A stretch of DNA of 64,000 bases from positions 6,154-70,153 of the forward strand of contig CBFDDT010000002.1 in NCBI GenBank assembly GCA_965603635.1, written 5' to 3'. A program made the position numbers and the translations under genes. The first letter of the stretch is position 1. The number at the start of each line of letters is the position of its first letter. Origin of the DNA: an uncultured bacterium. GTDB lineage: Bacteria > Pseudomonadota > Alphaproteobacteria > UBA8366 > JADFVY01. Below, piece by piece: positions 37,104 through 46,841 of this stretch. A model generated the notes under the pieces. The model saw only the letters and a program-made list of their open reading frames with translations, did not search any database and had not been told where the DNA came from.

Positions 37104-38080
37104 TTGCGTCGCTGCCACGCCTCGCGCCCGCGCTCGCCATCGGCGCCATATTGCTGTTGGCGCCGCTGACGATGAGCAATTACGAGACCGGGCAACTGGC
37201 GCAATATTTCACCTACGGTATCTTTGCCATGAGCCTGGCCCTGGTCTGGGGGCAGGGCGGGTTGCTGTGTTTCGGGCAGGCGGTGTTCTTCGGCATCGGT
37301 GCCTATGCGATGAGCGTGACGACACTGGACATGCTGCCGGGAATCGGCGCGTACGGTTCGACTTGGGCGGGACTGGTGGCGGCGATCGCCCTGCCGGCGT
37401 TGTTTGCCAACCTGCTGGGCCGGTTTCTGTTCTATGGGCGCGGGCTGCAGGGAGCTTATTTCGGCATCGTAACGCTGGCCATCGCGGTTATCGCCGAGCG
37501 GGCCGCCGTCAACTGGAAATGGATCGGCGGGCTGAACGGGCTGATGAACGTGCCGCCGCTGAATCTGGGCCTGACCGGCGACGGATATGAAATCTGGGAC
37601 AAGGTACCGGTGTATTATATAACGCTGGCAGTTGCGGCGCTGGTCTACGCCGGGCTGCAGGCGCTGATCGGCTCACGCTACGGCACGGTAATCCGCGCGG
37701 TGCGCGACGCCGAGGAACGCACCGGTTATTTCGGATACGATACCGCCGGCGTGAAATTGACCCTATTTACCCTGGGCGCGGCGCTGGCAGGGCTGGCGGG
37801 GGCGTTGTTCGTCACCCAGTTCGAATTCGCCTCGCCGCCGCTGATCGGCTTCGCGCTTTCCACCGAAGTGCTGATCTGGGTGGCGCTGGGCGGACGCGGC
37901 TATCCGCTGGCCGCCTTCCTCGGCGCGATCCTGGTGAAATATGCCGAGGCGTCGCTGTTCAAGTATCTCGGCGATTATTGGCTGTTGGGGCTGGGCGCGC
38001 TCTGCGTGCTCAGCGTCATATGGTTTCCGCGCGGTCTGATCGGCGAGGCGATCCACCGGCTCGAGAGTTCGAGGCCCTAA
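37100..38080 (+). CDS. Branched-chain-type ABC permease (LivM type)
   Basis: The start ATG at 37100 forms an ATGA overlap with the previous stop. Contains ALVWGQGGLLCFGQAVFFGIGAY. The track ORF 36188..38080 carries a false N-terminal extension. Confidence 0.9.
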   Translation: MIASLPRLAPALAIGAILLLAPLTMSNYETGQLAQYFTYGIFAMSLALVWGQGGLLCFGQAVFFGIGAYAMSVTTLDMLPGIGAYGSTWAGLVAAIALPALFANLLGRFLFYGRGLQGAYFGIVTLAIAVIAERAAVNWKWIGGLNGLMNVPPLNLGLTGDGYEIWDKVPVYYITLAVAALVYAGLQALIGSRYGTVIRAVRDAEERTGYFGYDTAGVKLTLFTLGAALAGLAGALFVTQFEFASPPLIGFALSTEVLIWVALGGRGYPLAAFLGAILVKYAEASLFKYLGDYWLLGLGALCVLSVIWFPRGLIGEAIHRLESSRP

Positions 38081-38640
38081 TCCTCCGCCGGCTTTTCGTC
38101 GCCGATTTTCCGTGATTCATAGGCCCGCTGTTCCCGTTCCCTGTTCAACCGGCGCGCCTCGTCATCCTGCCGACGACGTTCGGCTTTGTCGGGTTGGGGT
38201 TCGGTACGATCTTCCCGTTGCCGGGCTCGCTTGCCGGGCTCGGTTGCCATTCCAGGAATTCGCCCCGCCAACGCGACCAGCGCTAGAGCCACTAGCCCGC
38301 AGAGAGTGGCCAGAAGAATCGGATCCAGCCAGGGCCGCCCCCAGAGCACAAAAAAGGAGATGCCCACGATGACTGTCTTGATGCCAATTTCGATCCTGGA
38401 GCCGTCGCCCACCACGAATCCAAAAAAGACCGAAGCAAAGGGCATTGCGATGAAGGCGGCCCAGACCGACCATGTCGGCGCCGCCTCGAAATCGACGAGA
38501 ACCCAGTAGTAGCCGAACAGCAGGGTGAGGCCCCAACCGAGCCCGAGCAAGGTGACCAGCGAGACCACGGACAACAATATAGAGCGCTTCAGTTTCGCGC
38601 GATCCCGTTTCCTGTCTTGTTGTTCGTCGGTCATTATCAA
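38077..38640 (-). CDS. Hypothetical membrane protein with a highly charged C-terminal tail
   Basis: 187 aa with four or five hydrophobic helices followed by a Lys/Arg/Glu/Asp-rich tail. Starts 12 nt after the sppA stop on the same strand. I recognise no family. Confidence 0.5.
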   Translation of the reverse strand: MIMTDEQQDRKRDRAKLKRSILLSVVSLVTLLGLGWGLTLLFGYYWVLVDFEAAPTWSVWAAFIAMPFASVFFGFVVGDGSRIEIGIKTVIVGISFFVLWGRPWLDPILLATLCGLVALALVALAGRIPGMATEPGKRARQREDRTEPQPDKAERRRQDDEARRLNREREQRAYESRKIGDEKPAED

Positions 38641-38652
38641 CGAACCCTGATA

Positions 38653-40449
38653 TTAGTAACGCAGCCTCATGGGCGGCATCTGCACCACGCCCGCTGGCGG
38701 TTTCAGTAGTTCCAGATCTTCGGTCGACAGACCGATCCGGCCACTTATTTCGTCGATCACGCCGGCCTCTTCGCCGCCGAAAAGGGAGGCGCCGAGTTGG
38801 GCCAGGGGCATGCCGCCGCCTTGCAGCATCTTCATCACTTCATCGAATGGCGATTGCGGCTTTGGCCACAGCGCCAGCGTTATGCCGTCCTCGGCATCCA
38901 GTCCCAGGGCTTTCTTTACCTCGATGACCGCCTCGTCATAACCGCCCAGCGCATCGACCAGCCCGTTATCCAGCGCGTCCTTGCCGGTCCACACGCGCCC
39001 GCGCGCGACCAGGTCCATCTGACCGGCGTCCATTCCACGGTCTTCCATCGCCTTGGCGGTAAAGTCCTTGTAGATGAAATCCAGCATTTCCCGGAAACGT
39101 TTTTCGCCGCCCACCGGGAAGTCGCGGATAAAGCTCCACATGCCCGCATTCTCGCCAACATGCAACTCGTCCCAGGTAATGCCAAAGCGCGCCCACAATT
39201 TTTCGGTGACCACCTTGCCGCCGAAAACGCCAATCGAGCCCGTGATGGTGCCCGGTTGTGCAATAACCCGGTCGGCCGGCATGGCGACGAAATAACCGCC
39301 AGACGCGGCCGTCGCCCCCATCGACACGATGACCGGCTTGCCGGCCGCGCTGGCACGGCGCACCTCGCGCCAGACGATGTCGGACGCGATGTAAGAGCCG
39401 CCGGGGCTGTTGATACGGAACAGAATCGCTTTGATTTCTTCGTCGTCGGTGGCGTCGGAAAAGGCTTCGGCCACGCGGTGGGCCATGAAGCCGGCGCCCT
39501 CGAACCCATCGCCATCGCCGCCGCCACCCATCTCGATCGCGCCGTTGCCGTATATCAGCGCAACTTTTGGCCCCTCGCTATTGGGACGATCGATGCCGGC
39601 CAGATAGTCCTCGAGGAAAACATTCTCAATCTCTTCGCCTTCGATCTCCATGCCTTCGTCAATGAACTCGTCCCAGTAGCCGATCCGGTCGATCAGCCCG
39701 ACTTCCAGCGCCTCTTGCGCCAGGTAGGGACCATTATCCACCAGTTTGCGAACCTCGGCCTCATTGAACCCGCGCGATTCCGCGACCCCGGCGACCAGTT
39801 GTCCGTAGAGGGAATCGAGAAGCGTTTGCAGGTTTTCGCGGGCCGGGTCGCTCATCGCATAGTCGGTCAGGGATTCAGGCGACGACTTGTATTCGTGGCG
39901 CTGCCCGACCCGAGGCTCCACCTCCAGTTTGTCCAGCATCCCCCTGGCGTAGGGAATTTCCATGGATATGCCGATCAGGCCCACGCCGCCGGAAGGTTGC
40001 ACCCAGATTTCGTCGAAACCGCTGGCCAGATAATAGACCGCCGATCCACCGCCGAGACCGCCTAGATCTTCGGTGAACAGTCGTGCGGTTTTGCCGGCGC
40101 CGCGCAATTCCGCGACTGCGGCGCGCAATTCCTGGGCCGCGGAAAGGTTGATCCCGAAACCGCCCATATAGACAGCTATTCCCGAAACGCGTTCATCCGT
40201 GGCGGCCGCTCGCAGCCCCATGACAACCTCGCGCAGCACCAGGCCCTGATCTTCGAACAGGAAGCTCTCCGATTTGCGCCGGTCCCGGATCTCGCCCTCT
40301 AAATTGACCCGCAATACCATCCGGTCCGGCAAAGGTTCCACGCCACCGGACCCATATATGGCCGCCGCTACACTGATGACTACGGTAATCACGACCACCG
40401 CGCCGATGACAGTGAAGGACCCGACAATAAATCGCCATATATATTTCAT
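38653..40449 (-). CDS. sppA: Signal peptide peptidase SppA, 67K type (two S49 domains)
   Basis: 598 aa with an N-terminal TM helix and duplicated S49 peptidase regions (SGGSAVYYLASGFD; AASGGYFVAMPADRVIAQPGTITGSIGV). Confidence 0.9.
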   Translation of the reverse strand: MKYIWRFIVGSFTVIGAVVVITVVISVAAAIYGSGGVEPLPDRMVLRVNLEGEIRDRRKSESFLFEDQGLVLREVVMGLRAAATDERVSGIAVYMGGFGINLSAAQELRAAVAELRGAGKTARLFTEDLGGLGGGSAVYYLASGFDEIWVQPSGGVGLIGISMEIPYARGMLDKLEVEPRVGQRHEYKSSPESLTDYAMSDPARENLQTLLDSLYGQLVAGVAESRGFNEAEVRKLVDNGPYLAQEALEVGLIDRIGYWDEFIDEGMEIEGEEIENVFLEDYLAGIDRPNSEGPKVALIYGNGAIEMGGGGDGDGFEGAGFMAHRVAEAFSDATDDEEIKAILFRINSPGGSYIASDIVWREVRRASAAGKPVIVSMGATAASGGYFVAMPADRVIAQPGTITGSIGVFGGKVVTEKLWARFGITWDELHVGENAGMWSFIRDFPVGGEKRFREMLDFIYKDFTAKAMEDRGMDAGQMDLVARGRVWTGKDALDNGLVDALGGYDEAVIEVKKALGLDAEDGITLALWPKPQSPFDEVMKMLQGGGMPLAQLGASLFGGEEAGVIDEISGRIGLSTEDLELLKPPAGVVQMPPMRLRY

Positions 40450-40461
40450 CGGGCTCCCATC

Positions 40462-41934
40462 CTATAAAGATAGCCCGGCAACCAGGTCACGCGCCTTGCG
40501 CCAGGCCGCCACGGCCCCCGCCTCGTCGTCCAGGGTAGCGAGCACGCGGGCGTAGGTGCGCCAGTTCCATATGCTGCTGGGCCGGTCGGCGCTGCGCTCC
40601 GACATCAGTGACCGGGCGATATCCAGCCGGCCCGCGCGGACCGCCGCCGATATCAGCAGGCGGTGAAAAATATCCTGCTGCGCGACGCTGCCGCCAAGAT
40701 AACGCAGGTCGTAACGCAAGGGCTGCAACAGATCGACGACGCGATCGAAATCGCCGCAGGAATAGGCCAGTATCGCAGCGCAGAGCGGGGTCCCGATCTC
40801 GCCATAAATAGTGGCCGCCATGCCTTGCGACGCGACGGCATGCGCCGACATGGAATCAATCATTTCCTGTGCCGCGTCCAGGCGGCCATCGGCGGCCAAC
40901 GCCATCATGTAGTGGGCGTCGGCGAAAGCCAGTTGGTGATCGCCCGCATGGGCCTCGGCCTTGTCGGCCAATTCGATCCAGCGGCTACCGACATCGACGC
41001 CGGTCTCTTCCAGCCGCCACAGCAGGGAGGTGGCATTGACAATATCCAGATAATCGTCGGTTTCCTCGGCGCGGATACGACTGTCATAGCCATCGAGCAC
41101 GGCGTGATAGCGTTCCAGGTCCATCAACAGCAGGGCTCCGTGCCACCACAGGTGATTGGAGAAATTGCTGCAATTGGCCCAGATTTTTTCGGATGCTTTC
41201 AGCCATTCCGTGCCCTCGCGATGGCGGCCCTGCATCTCCAGCACATGGGTCACCGCATGGATCGCCCAGACATCCGCCGGGTTGATCGCCACCGCATGAT
41301 GGCCCACGGCTTCCGCGTTCGCGTAGTCGCCGCATTCCTCCAGTCCGAAGGCATACATGCCCAGCACGAAGCCATGGCCGGGCGTATCTTCATTCCAGGC
41401 ATAGAGCACCCGAGCAATCGAATCGCGGATATTGCGGGCATCGCCGAGATAGAAATAGGTACGATTGAGGAGTTTCAGCGCCAACAAGTCGAGCGGATGT
41501 TCCAGCAGGATTTTTTCCCACAGCTCCAGCGCGCCCTGCCAGTCGTCGCCATGCCAGGCGCCCAGCGCCGATATATGGTCGCGCTCGCGCTGGGTGGCGC
41601 CGCGCTCCAGCGCCGATTTTTTGGCCGCCGTTATCGCCGCGCTGATCCGCTCGTCCATCGCGCGGACCGCGAAGAGTTTCATGAAACAGCCGTTGGCCAC
41701 ATGGCCCATCAGGAAATCGGCATCGGCCTGCAACGCCCGTTTAAGGTGATCGCCGGCATCGCTGCGAAATCCCATCCAGGATGCGATGGCATCGTCGAAC
41801 TGGCGCACGGCATCCTCGCTGGATGTGGTGTAGGCCACATCCCGCCGGTCGTTCTGTATTGCTATCGTGCGTTCCGACAAACCGTGTTCACCCACATTGC
41901 GCCCTGTGTCGCAGCAAATGATCGGCCAGGACAC
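40462..41934 (-). CDS. TPR-repeat protein, TTC38-like family
   Basis: About 475-490 aa and helical-repeat rich. The ATG at 41934 overlaps the aroC 3' end by 47 nt. The alternative starts GTG 41895 and TTG 41880 avoid most or all of that overlap. Confidence 0.6.
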   Translation of the reverse strand: MSWPIICCDTGRNVGEHGLSERTIAIQNDRRDVAYTTSSEDAVRQFDDAIASWMGFRSDAGDHLKRALQADADFLMGHVANGCFMKLFAVRAMDERISAAITAAKKSALERGATQRERDHISALGAWHGDDWQGALELWEKILLEHPLDLLALKLLNRTYFYLGDARNIRDSIARVLYAWNEDTPGHGFVLGMYAFGLEECGDYANAEAVGHHAVAINPADVWAIHAVTHVLEMQGRHREGTEWLKASEKIWANCSNFSNHLWWHGALLLMDLERYHAVLDGYDSRIRAEETDDYLDIVNATSLLWRLEETGVDVGSRWIELADKAEAHAGDHQLAFADAHYMMALAADGRLDAAQEMIDSMSAHAVASQGMAATIYGEIGTPLCAAILAYSCGDFDRVVDLLQPLRYDLRYLGGSVAQQDIFHRLLISAAVRAGRLDIARSLMSERSADRPSSIWNWRTYARVLATLDDEAGAVAAWRKARDLVAGLSL

Positions 41935-42961
41935 ATGCCATCATTGCTTCGCCAACCGGGACCGCGCGGATCCCGACGCAAGGATCGTGACGCCCTTTCG
42001 TTAAGATATCACTATCGTCCCCGCCCAAAGTGACCGTTTTTCGGGGACTGAGGATGGAACTGGTGGGTTTGACGGCAAATCGCACCACGATATCCTGGCC
42101 GCTGCTGATGCCGCCGAGGATACCGCCTGCATTGTTGGCGGTGAAAACGGGCTCTCCATCCGGGCCCATGCGCATTTCGTCGGCGTTTTCCTCGCCGGTC
42201 AGGGCCGCCGCGGCCAAACCGGCGCCAATCTCGACGCTTTTTACCGCGTTGATGCTCATCATCGCCTTGGCCAGATCGGCGTCCAGCTTGTCGTAGACCG
42301 GCGCGCCGAGACCGGCCGGCGCGCCCTCGGCTACAATCTCGACAACCGCACCGACGGAAGAACCGGCCTTGCGGATGCCGTCCAGATAGCCTTCCCAGCT
42401 CTGCGCCGCCTTACGGTCGGGACACCAGAAGGGATTGTCCTCGACCGCGTCCCAATCCCAGGATTCGCGGTCGATATGATGGGGCCCAAGCTGCACCAGG
42501 GCGCCGCGAATTCGTAGCGAATCGCCAAGTATCTTGCGCGCGATCGCCCCGGCGGCAACCCGCATCGCGGTTTCGCGCGCCGACGAGCGCCCGCCGCCCC
42601 GGTGGTCGCGGATTCCGTATTTCTTCCAGTAGGTATAATCGGCATGCCCGGGGCGGAATTTTTCGGCGATGTCGCCATAGTCCTTCGACCGCTGGTCCAT
42701 GTTTTCGATCATCAGGCCGATCGGCGTACCGGTGGTCTGGCCCTCGAAAACGCCGGACAGGATTTTCACCTCGTCCGGTTCCTTGCGCTGGGTGGTGAAG
42801 CGCGACTGGCCCGGCCGCCGCCGGTCGAGCCAGTACTGGATATCGGGTTCGCTCAACGGAATTCTGGGCGGCGTACCCTCGACCACACAGCCGATGGCAG
42901 GCCCGTGGCTTTCACCGAACGTGGTGAATCGAAACAGATGACCGAAGCCGTTGCCGCTCAT
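41888..42961 (-). CDS. aroC: Chorismate synthase
   Basis: The true start ATG at 42961 ([29 protein letters not shown]) forms an ATGA overlap with the fabI stop. The track ORF to 43600 is a false extension. Confidence 0.95.
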   Translation of the reverse strand: MSGNGFGHLFRFTTFGESHGPAIGCVVEGTPPRIPLSEPDIQYWLDRRRPGQSRFTTQRKEPDEVKILSGVFEGQTTGTPIGLMIENMDQRSKDYGDIAEKFRPGHADYTYWKKYGIRDHRGGGRSSARETAMRVAAGAIARKILGDSLRIRGALVQLGPHHIDRESWDWDAVEDNPFWCPDRKAAQSWEGYLDGIRKAGSSVGAVVEIVAEGAPAGLGAPVYDKLDADLAKAMMSINAVKSVEIGAGLAAAALTGEENADEMRMGPDGEPVFTANNAGGILGGISSGQDIVVRFAVKPTSSILSPRKTVTLGGDDSDILTKGRHDPCVGIRAVPVGEAMMACVLADHLLRHRAQCG

Positions 42962-43797
42962 GCCTTCCCGTTGAGGCTGGCGAGGAGTTCGGCGACTTCG
43001 TCGGCCGCATCGACCGCGACCATGCCGACCGTGTGATAGCCGCAATCCACATGATGCACCTCGCCGGTTACGCCGGCGCCCAGGTCGCTGAGCAGATAAA
43101 CGCCGGAGCCACCCACCTCGTCGATGGAGACGTTGCGTTTCAAGGGCGAGTTCAACTCGTTCCATTTCAGGATATAGCGGAAATCGCCGATGCCCGAGGC
43201 CGCCAATGTCTTGATCGGCCCCGCCGAGATGGCGTTCACGCGAATGTTCTGGGCGCCGAGATCGACCGCCAGATAGCGCACGCTGGCCTCCAGCGCCGCC
43301 TTGGCCACGCCCATGACGTTGTAATGGGGCATGACGCGCTCGGCCCCGTAATAGGTCAGGGTCAGCAGGCTGCCGCCATCGGGCATCATGGTCATCGCCC
43401 GGGCCGCGACGGCGGTGAAGGAGAAACACGAGATATCCATGGTGCGCAGGAAATTGTCCCGGCTGGTAGCGACATACTTGCCCTTGAGCTCTTCCTTGTC
43501 GGAAAACGCCACCGCATGGACCACGAAATCGATACTGCCCCATTTGTCGCGCAGGGCGTCGAAGGTCGCGTCTACAGAGCCCTCGTCGGTTACGTCGCAT
43601 GGCAGCAGAAGGTTGGAGCCCACGGATTCAGCCAGCGGCCGCACGCGTTTTTCCAACGCCTCGCCCTGATAGGTAAAAGCCAGTTCAGCGCCGTGGGCGG
43701 CGGCAGAACGCGCGATCCCCCAGGCAATCGAACGCTCGTTGGCAACGCCCATGATAAGGCCGCGCTTGCCGGCCATCAACGGTTTGGGATCGGTCAT
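42958..43797 (-). CDS. fabI: Enoyl-[acyl-carrier-protein] reductase (NADH), FabI
   Basis: [20 protein letters not shown], with the Tyr/Lys catalytic context ([19 protein letters not shown]). Confidence 0.95.
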   Translation of the reverse strand: MTDPKPLMAGKRGLIMGVANERSIAWGIARSAAAHGAELAFTYQGEALEKRVRPLAESVGSNLLLPCDVTDEGSVDATFDALRDKWGSIDFVVHAVAFSDKEELKGKYVATSRDNFLRTMDISCFSFTAVAARAMTMMPDGGSLLTLTYYGAERVMPHYNVMGVAKAALEASVRYLAVDLGAQNIRVNAISAGPIKTLAASGIGDFRYILKWNELNSPLKRNVSIDEVGGSGVYLLSDLGAGVTGEVHHVDCGYHTVGMVAVDAADEVAELLASLNGKA

Positions 43798-44032
43798 CTA
43801 ATCCTCGCGAAGGGAATATATTAATGGTTTGAAGGCATCCTACACAGAAAGTCCGTGCGGTCAAAGCAGTGCTATAGCGCGTTTCCACAAGCCTGTAACA
43901 TGTTTATGATCGTTTTCTAGGGCAGCATCTGCACAAATAGAATCGCCGCTCGCGATTTCATTTGTACGGATAAAGCTGCTCGCCCCCTGATGTAGCGGGC
44001 AATTTGATCGGGTATTGCCCTAGCGAGGACTC

Positions 44033-45433
44033 ATGGAAGATAGCGAGAACAGTCCGCGGCAAGAAAACAGTTTCGTGGCCCGCGCGACGGCGGCGCTGGG
44101 TTATCTGCGCCATGTGCTGTCCCGCTTTGCCGCCGACCAGTGCCCACAGCGCGCGGCGGCGCTGACTTATACCACGCTGCTGGCCATGGTGCCGCTGGTG
44201 GCTGTCAGCTTCACGATATTTTCCGCGTTCGAGGCCTTCAGCGCGGTTCAGGATCAGGTCAAGAGTTTCATTTTCGAAAACTTCGTGCCACAGGTGGGCT
44301 CCGTCGTTCAGGAACATATGGAGCAGTTCGCCAGCAAAACCAAAGGGTTGTCCATTGTCGGCGCGCTGTTCCTGTTCCTGACCTCGATGATGCTGCTGTC
44401 ATCAATCAGTTCCACCTTCAACAACATCTGGCGTGTGCGGCAGAAGCGGGGGCTGATCGCGCGGCTGCCGACCTACTGGGTAATCCTGACGCTAACCCCC
44501 GCCCTGCTGGCGGCCAGCATGGTGCTATCCACCTACCTGTTTGCGCTGGCGCAGGAATCGGGGGTCGAGCAGTTTACCGGCTCCCTGACACGCCTGGCCA
44601 TATTCGTGCCGCTGGTCGTTCAGATTGCCGGGCTGTTCGTGCTGTACCGCTTCGCGCCGGATTACCCCGTGCGCTGGAGCGATGCCATGGCGGGCTCGGT
44701 AACGGCCGGCGTGGTGCTTGAGATTCTGAAGAAGGGCTTCGGCCTCTACGTCACCACATTCCCGACCTACCAGACGATATACGGCGCGATGGCAACTATC
44801 CCGATCTTCCTGATCTGGATGTATGTGATGTGGAACGTCGTGCTGTGGGGCGCGGAGATGGCGGCGGCCCTGCCCGAATGGCGGTCGGGTGTCAGCCGTC
44901 ATGAAAGCGAGCAGCGCACGCCCTCGGCGATCATGGCGGCGGCGGCCTCGATCCTGGCCCTGTTGCTGGCGGCGCATCGCGTTGGCGGCGGCCTGCACTG
45001 GCGCCACCTGCAGCGCCGGACCGGCCAGCCCGCCGAACTGTTGACCACCGCCACCGAAGCCCTGCGGCGGGCGCGTTATATCGAAAAAAGCGACCGCAAC
45101 GCCTGGTTTCTGACCCGCGATCTCGACCAGGTCACGCTGGCCGACCTGCATGGCGATCTTGGTCTTTCCTTGTCGGAAGCGGCCGGCCAGGCGGCGCATG
45201 CGGCCTGGGGCGCGAAGCTGGCCGAGGCCCTGCGCGGCGGCGAACAGGCCGGCCACGCCGCCATGGACATGTCGCTGAAATCATTGCTGGCGACGGAAGA
45301 CAGCCAAATCGCCCATCTCGTGATCGACCACGATCCGGGCGAGGACCAAGACGAGGACGAAGACGGCGAACCCAAAGACTATAAAAATCGCCTGCTGGCG
45401 CTGCTCGGACTGGCCTGGCTGGTGGGGCGGTAG
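44033..45433 (+). CDS. YihY/BrkB-family membrane protein with a long C-terminal extension
   Basis: AAALTYTTLLAMVPLVAVSF and later blocks are typical of YihY (the former ribonuclease BN annotation). The C-terminal roughly 170 aa are extra and acidic. Confidence 0.85.
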   Translation: MEDSENSPRQENSFVARATAALGYLRHVLSRFAADQCPQRAAALTYTTLLAMVPLVAVSFTIFSAFEAFSAVQDQVKSFIFENFVPQVGSVVQEHMEQFASKTKGLSIVGALFLFLTSMMLLSSISSTFNNIWRVRQKRGLIARLPTYWVILTLTPALLAASMVLSTYLFALAQESGVEQFTGSLTRLAIFVPLVVQIAGLFVLYRFAPDYPVRWSDAMAGSVTAGVVLEILKKGFGLYVTTFPTYQTIYGAMATIPIFLIWMYVMWNVVLWGAEMAAALPEWRSGVSRHESEQRTPSAIMAAAASILALLLAAHRVGGGLHWRHLQRRTGQPAELLTTATEALRRARYIEKSDRNAWFLTRDLDQVTLADLHGDLGLSLSEAAGQAAHAAWGAKLAEALRGGEQAGHAAMDMSLKSLLATEDSQIAHLVIDHDPGEDQDEDEDGEPKDYKNRLLALLGLAWLVGR

Positions 45434-45706
45434 GGCAGAGCACAGGCTTCGGGAATCAGTCGCCGCGCCCGAATTCTATGCCTGATTCCAAAAATTTTTT
45501 GGGTTCGACCCCATGCGCCAGTGTTTTCCGCGGGTTTCAGGGTCCTCCCGAAGGGCTGGTGACGGGTCACATTATATATTTTATTAATATAAAATCACAA
45601 ATCGATAGACGCAGGTTATATTAGCGGCGAGAGCCGAAGTTATGTCCATATTCTTCTGCAATTTGGTGTTCATGGCATCTGGTATTTGCTGGGCCGCCCC
45701 GCTTCC

Positions 45707-46624
45707 TCAATCCAGTTTGAACTTCTTCCTTGGATCGTAATCCTCAGGTTCCCAACCCTTCAAGAACTCCGCCAACTTCTCAGCCCCCGCCTCCGGCAAC
45801 ACAATCCGCAGCTTGATGAACTGGTCGCCGCGGCGGCCGCCCTTCGGGGTCATGATGCCGCGGCTTTTCAGGCGCAGGACCGTGCCGCCGCTGGAGTTGG
45901 GGGGCACGGTCGCGTTTACCGGGCCGTCGATGGTCGGCACCTTTACCTTGCCGCCCAGCACCGCTTCATGCAGCGTGATCGGCAGATCGAGATGAATATC
46001 CAGGCCTTCGCGGCGCATGAAAGGGTGGGGCTCAATCTGAACCTCGATGAAGGCGTCGCCGGCGTCGCCACCGGCCGGGCCGGGCATGCCCTGGCCCTTC
46101 ATGCGCAAGCGCTGGCCCTCTTCCGTGCCCGGTGGCAGGTTCACGTCCAGCGTCTTGCCGTTGTACAGCGAAACCCGCTGGCGCCCCCCGCGCATGGCAT
46201 CAAGGAACGAAACGGTGGTGGTATAGGTAAGATCCCGGCCCTTGGGCCTGTGCGCCCGATGCTGTTGCTGGCCCTGTTCCCGCTTGCCGCGGCCGAACAG
46301 GTCGGAGAACAGGTCGTCGATATCGATGCCGCCACCACCACCGCCGAAATCGAAGCCGCCCGCGGCGTCCTTGCGGTAATGGCGGTGGAAGGGATTTTGG
46401 GCCGTTCCGTCGGCGCCTATCATGCCGGAATCGTACTGGCGGCGACGTTCCTCGTCCGACAGTAAATCGTAGGCGGCCGTAACCTCCTTGAATTTCTGTT
46501 CGACCGATTCGTCGCCAGGATTCACGTCCGGGTGCAGCTTCTTGGCCAGCGCCCGGTACGTCTTTTTGATATCGGCCTGGCTGGCATCGCGCGCCACGCC
46601 CAGCAGTTCATAAGGATCCTTCAT
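45707..46624 (-). CDS. cbpA: J-domain co-chaperone, CbpA-like (no zinc-finger domain)
   Basis: J domain (DPYELLGVARDASQADIKKTYRALAKKLHPDVNPGD), a Gly-rich linker and DnaJ C-terminal domains. There are no CxxCxGxG repeats. Confidence 0.85.
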   Translation of the reverse strand: MKDPYELLGVARDASQADIKKTYRALAKKLHPDVNPGDESVEQKFKEVTAAYDLLSDEERRRQYDSGMIGADGTAQNPFHRHYRKDAAGGFDFGGGGGGIDIDDLFSDLFGRGKREQGQQQHRAHRPKGRDLTYTTTVSFLDAMRGGRQRVSLYNGKTLDVNLPPGTEEGQRLRMKGQGMPGPAGGDAGDAFIEVQIEPHPFMRREGLDIHLDLPITLHEAVLGGKVKVPTIDGPVNATVPPNSSGGTVLRLKSRGIMTPKGGRRGDQFIKLRIVLPEAGAEKLAEFLKGWEPEDYDPRKKFKLD

Positions 46625-46632
46625 CGCCCGCC

Positions 46633-46790
46633 CTAGTGGTGTGAATGAGACATATGGTACCCATGGGACGGCCTTGCGCGCCCACCGGCGGCGTTGCGCG
46701 CGGCTGGCTAAGCGCCAGCATCGGGGCGCACCACGCGCTTGTTCGTATTACCGCGAACGGCCGAACAATTTTACTCATTCACACCACTAG
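46633..46790 (-). promoter_or_regulatory. Highly structured leader upstream of cbpA, closed by a perfect 17-bp inverted repeat
   Basis: CTAGTGGTGTGAATGAG at 46633-46649 is the exact reverse complement of 46774-46790. The 124-nt interior has nested hairpins (TTGTTCG/CGAACAA, CCG-TTCG-CGG, GCTGGC/GCCAGC, GCGCGC/GCGCGC). The proximal arm ends 8 nt before the cbpA ATG. Confidence 0.4.
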
Positions 46791-46841
46791 TTCCTCTCAA
46801 GTCTTGCGGCCAATTTATACGCCGAAAGGTAAAGATATTGC

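Noticed and set aside
35778-37118. 446-aa minus-strand ORF across the Liv-type ATPase and permease genes
   Set aside because: It is antisense to two genes with unmistakable ABC motifs, and its composition is a Arg/His/Gln/Gly-rich shadow. The same reasoning applies to 5896..7237, 17264..18607, 11298..12542, 32049..32825 and 40663..42033.
41888-43600. 570-aa ORF that suggests a giant fusion protein
   Set aside because: Only the C-terminal 357 aa are chorismate synthase. The N-terminal 213 aa are Arg-rich and lie in an alternative frame over fabI. An internal ATG at 42961 forms an ATGA junction with the fabI stop. I trimmed similar false N-terminal extensions for nqrD, nqrE, the CBS gene, livM, the hexapeptide gene, xseB, pdxH, the lipoprotein, potA and hemA.
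45501-45520. GGGTTCGACCCCATGCGCCA resembles a tRNA T-arm plus acceptor end with CCA, and could be an att-site remnant
   Set aside because: The T-stem and T-loop lengths are non-canonical (3-4 bp stem, 5-6 nt loop). I could not draw a D arm, an anticodon arm or a complementary acceptor 5' strand upstream. No integrase is nearby.
46651-46666. CATATGGTACCCATGG: NdeI, KpnI and NcoI sites overlapping end to end, like a cloning polylinker
   Set aside because: No vector-like sequence flanks it and the surrounding DNA is continuous with native genes. The run is better explained as part of the palindromic leader structure (CCCATGGG core). By itself it is insufficient evidence for an engineered insert.
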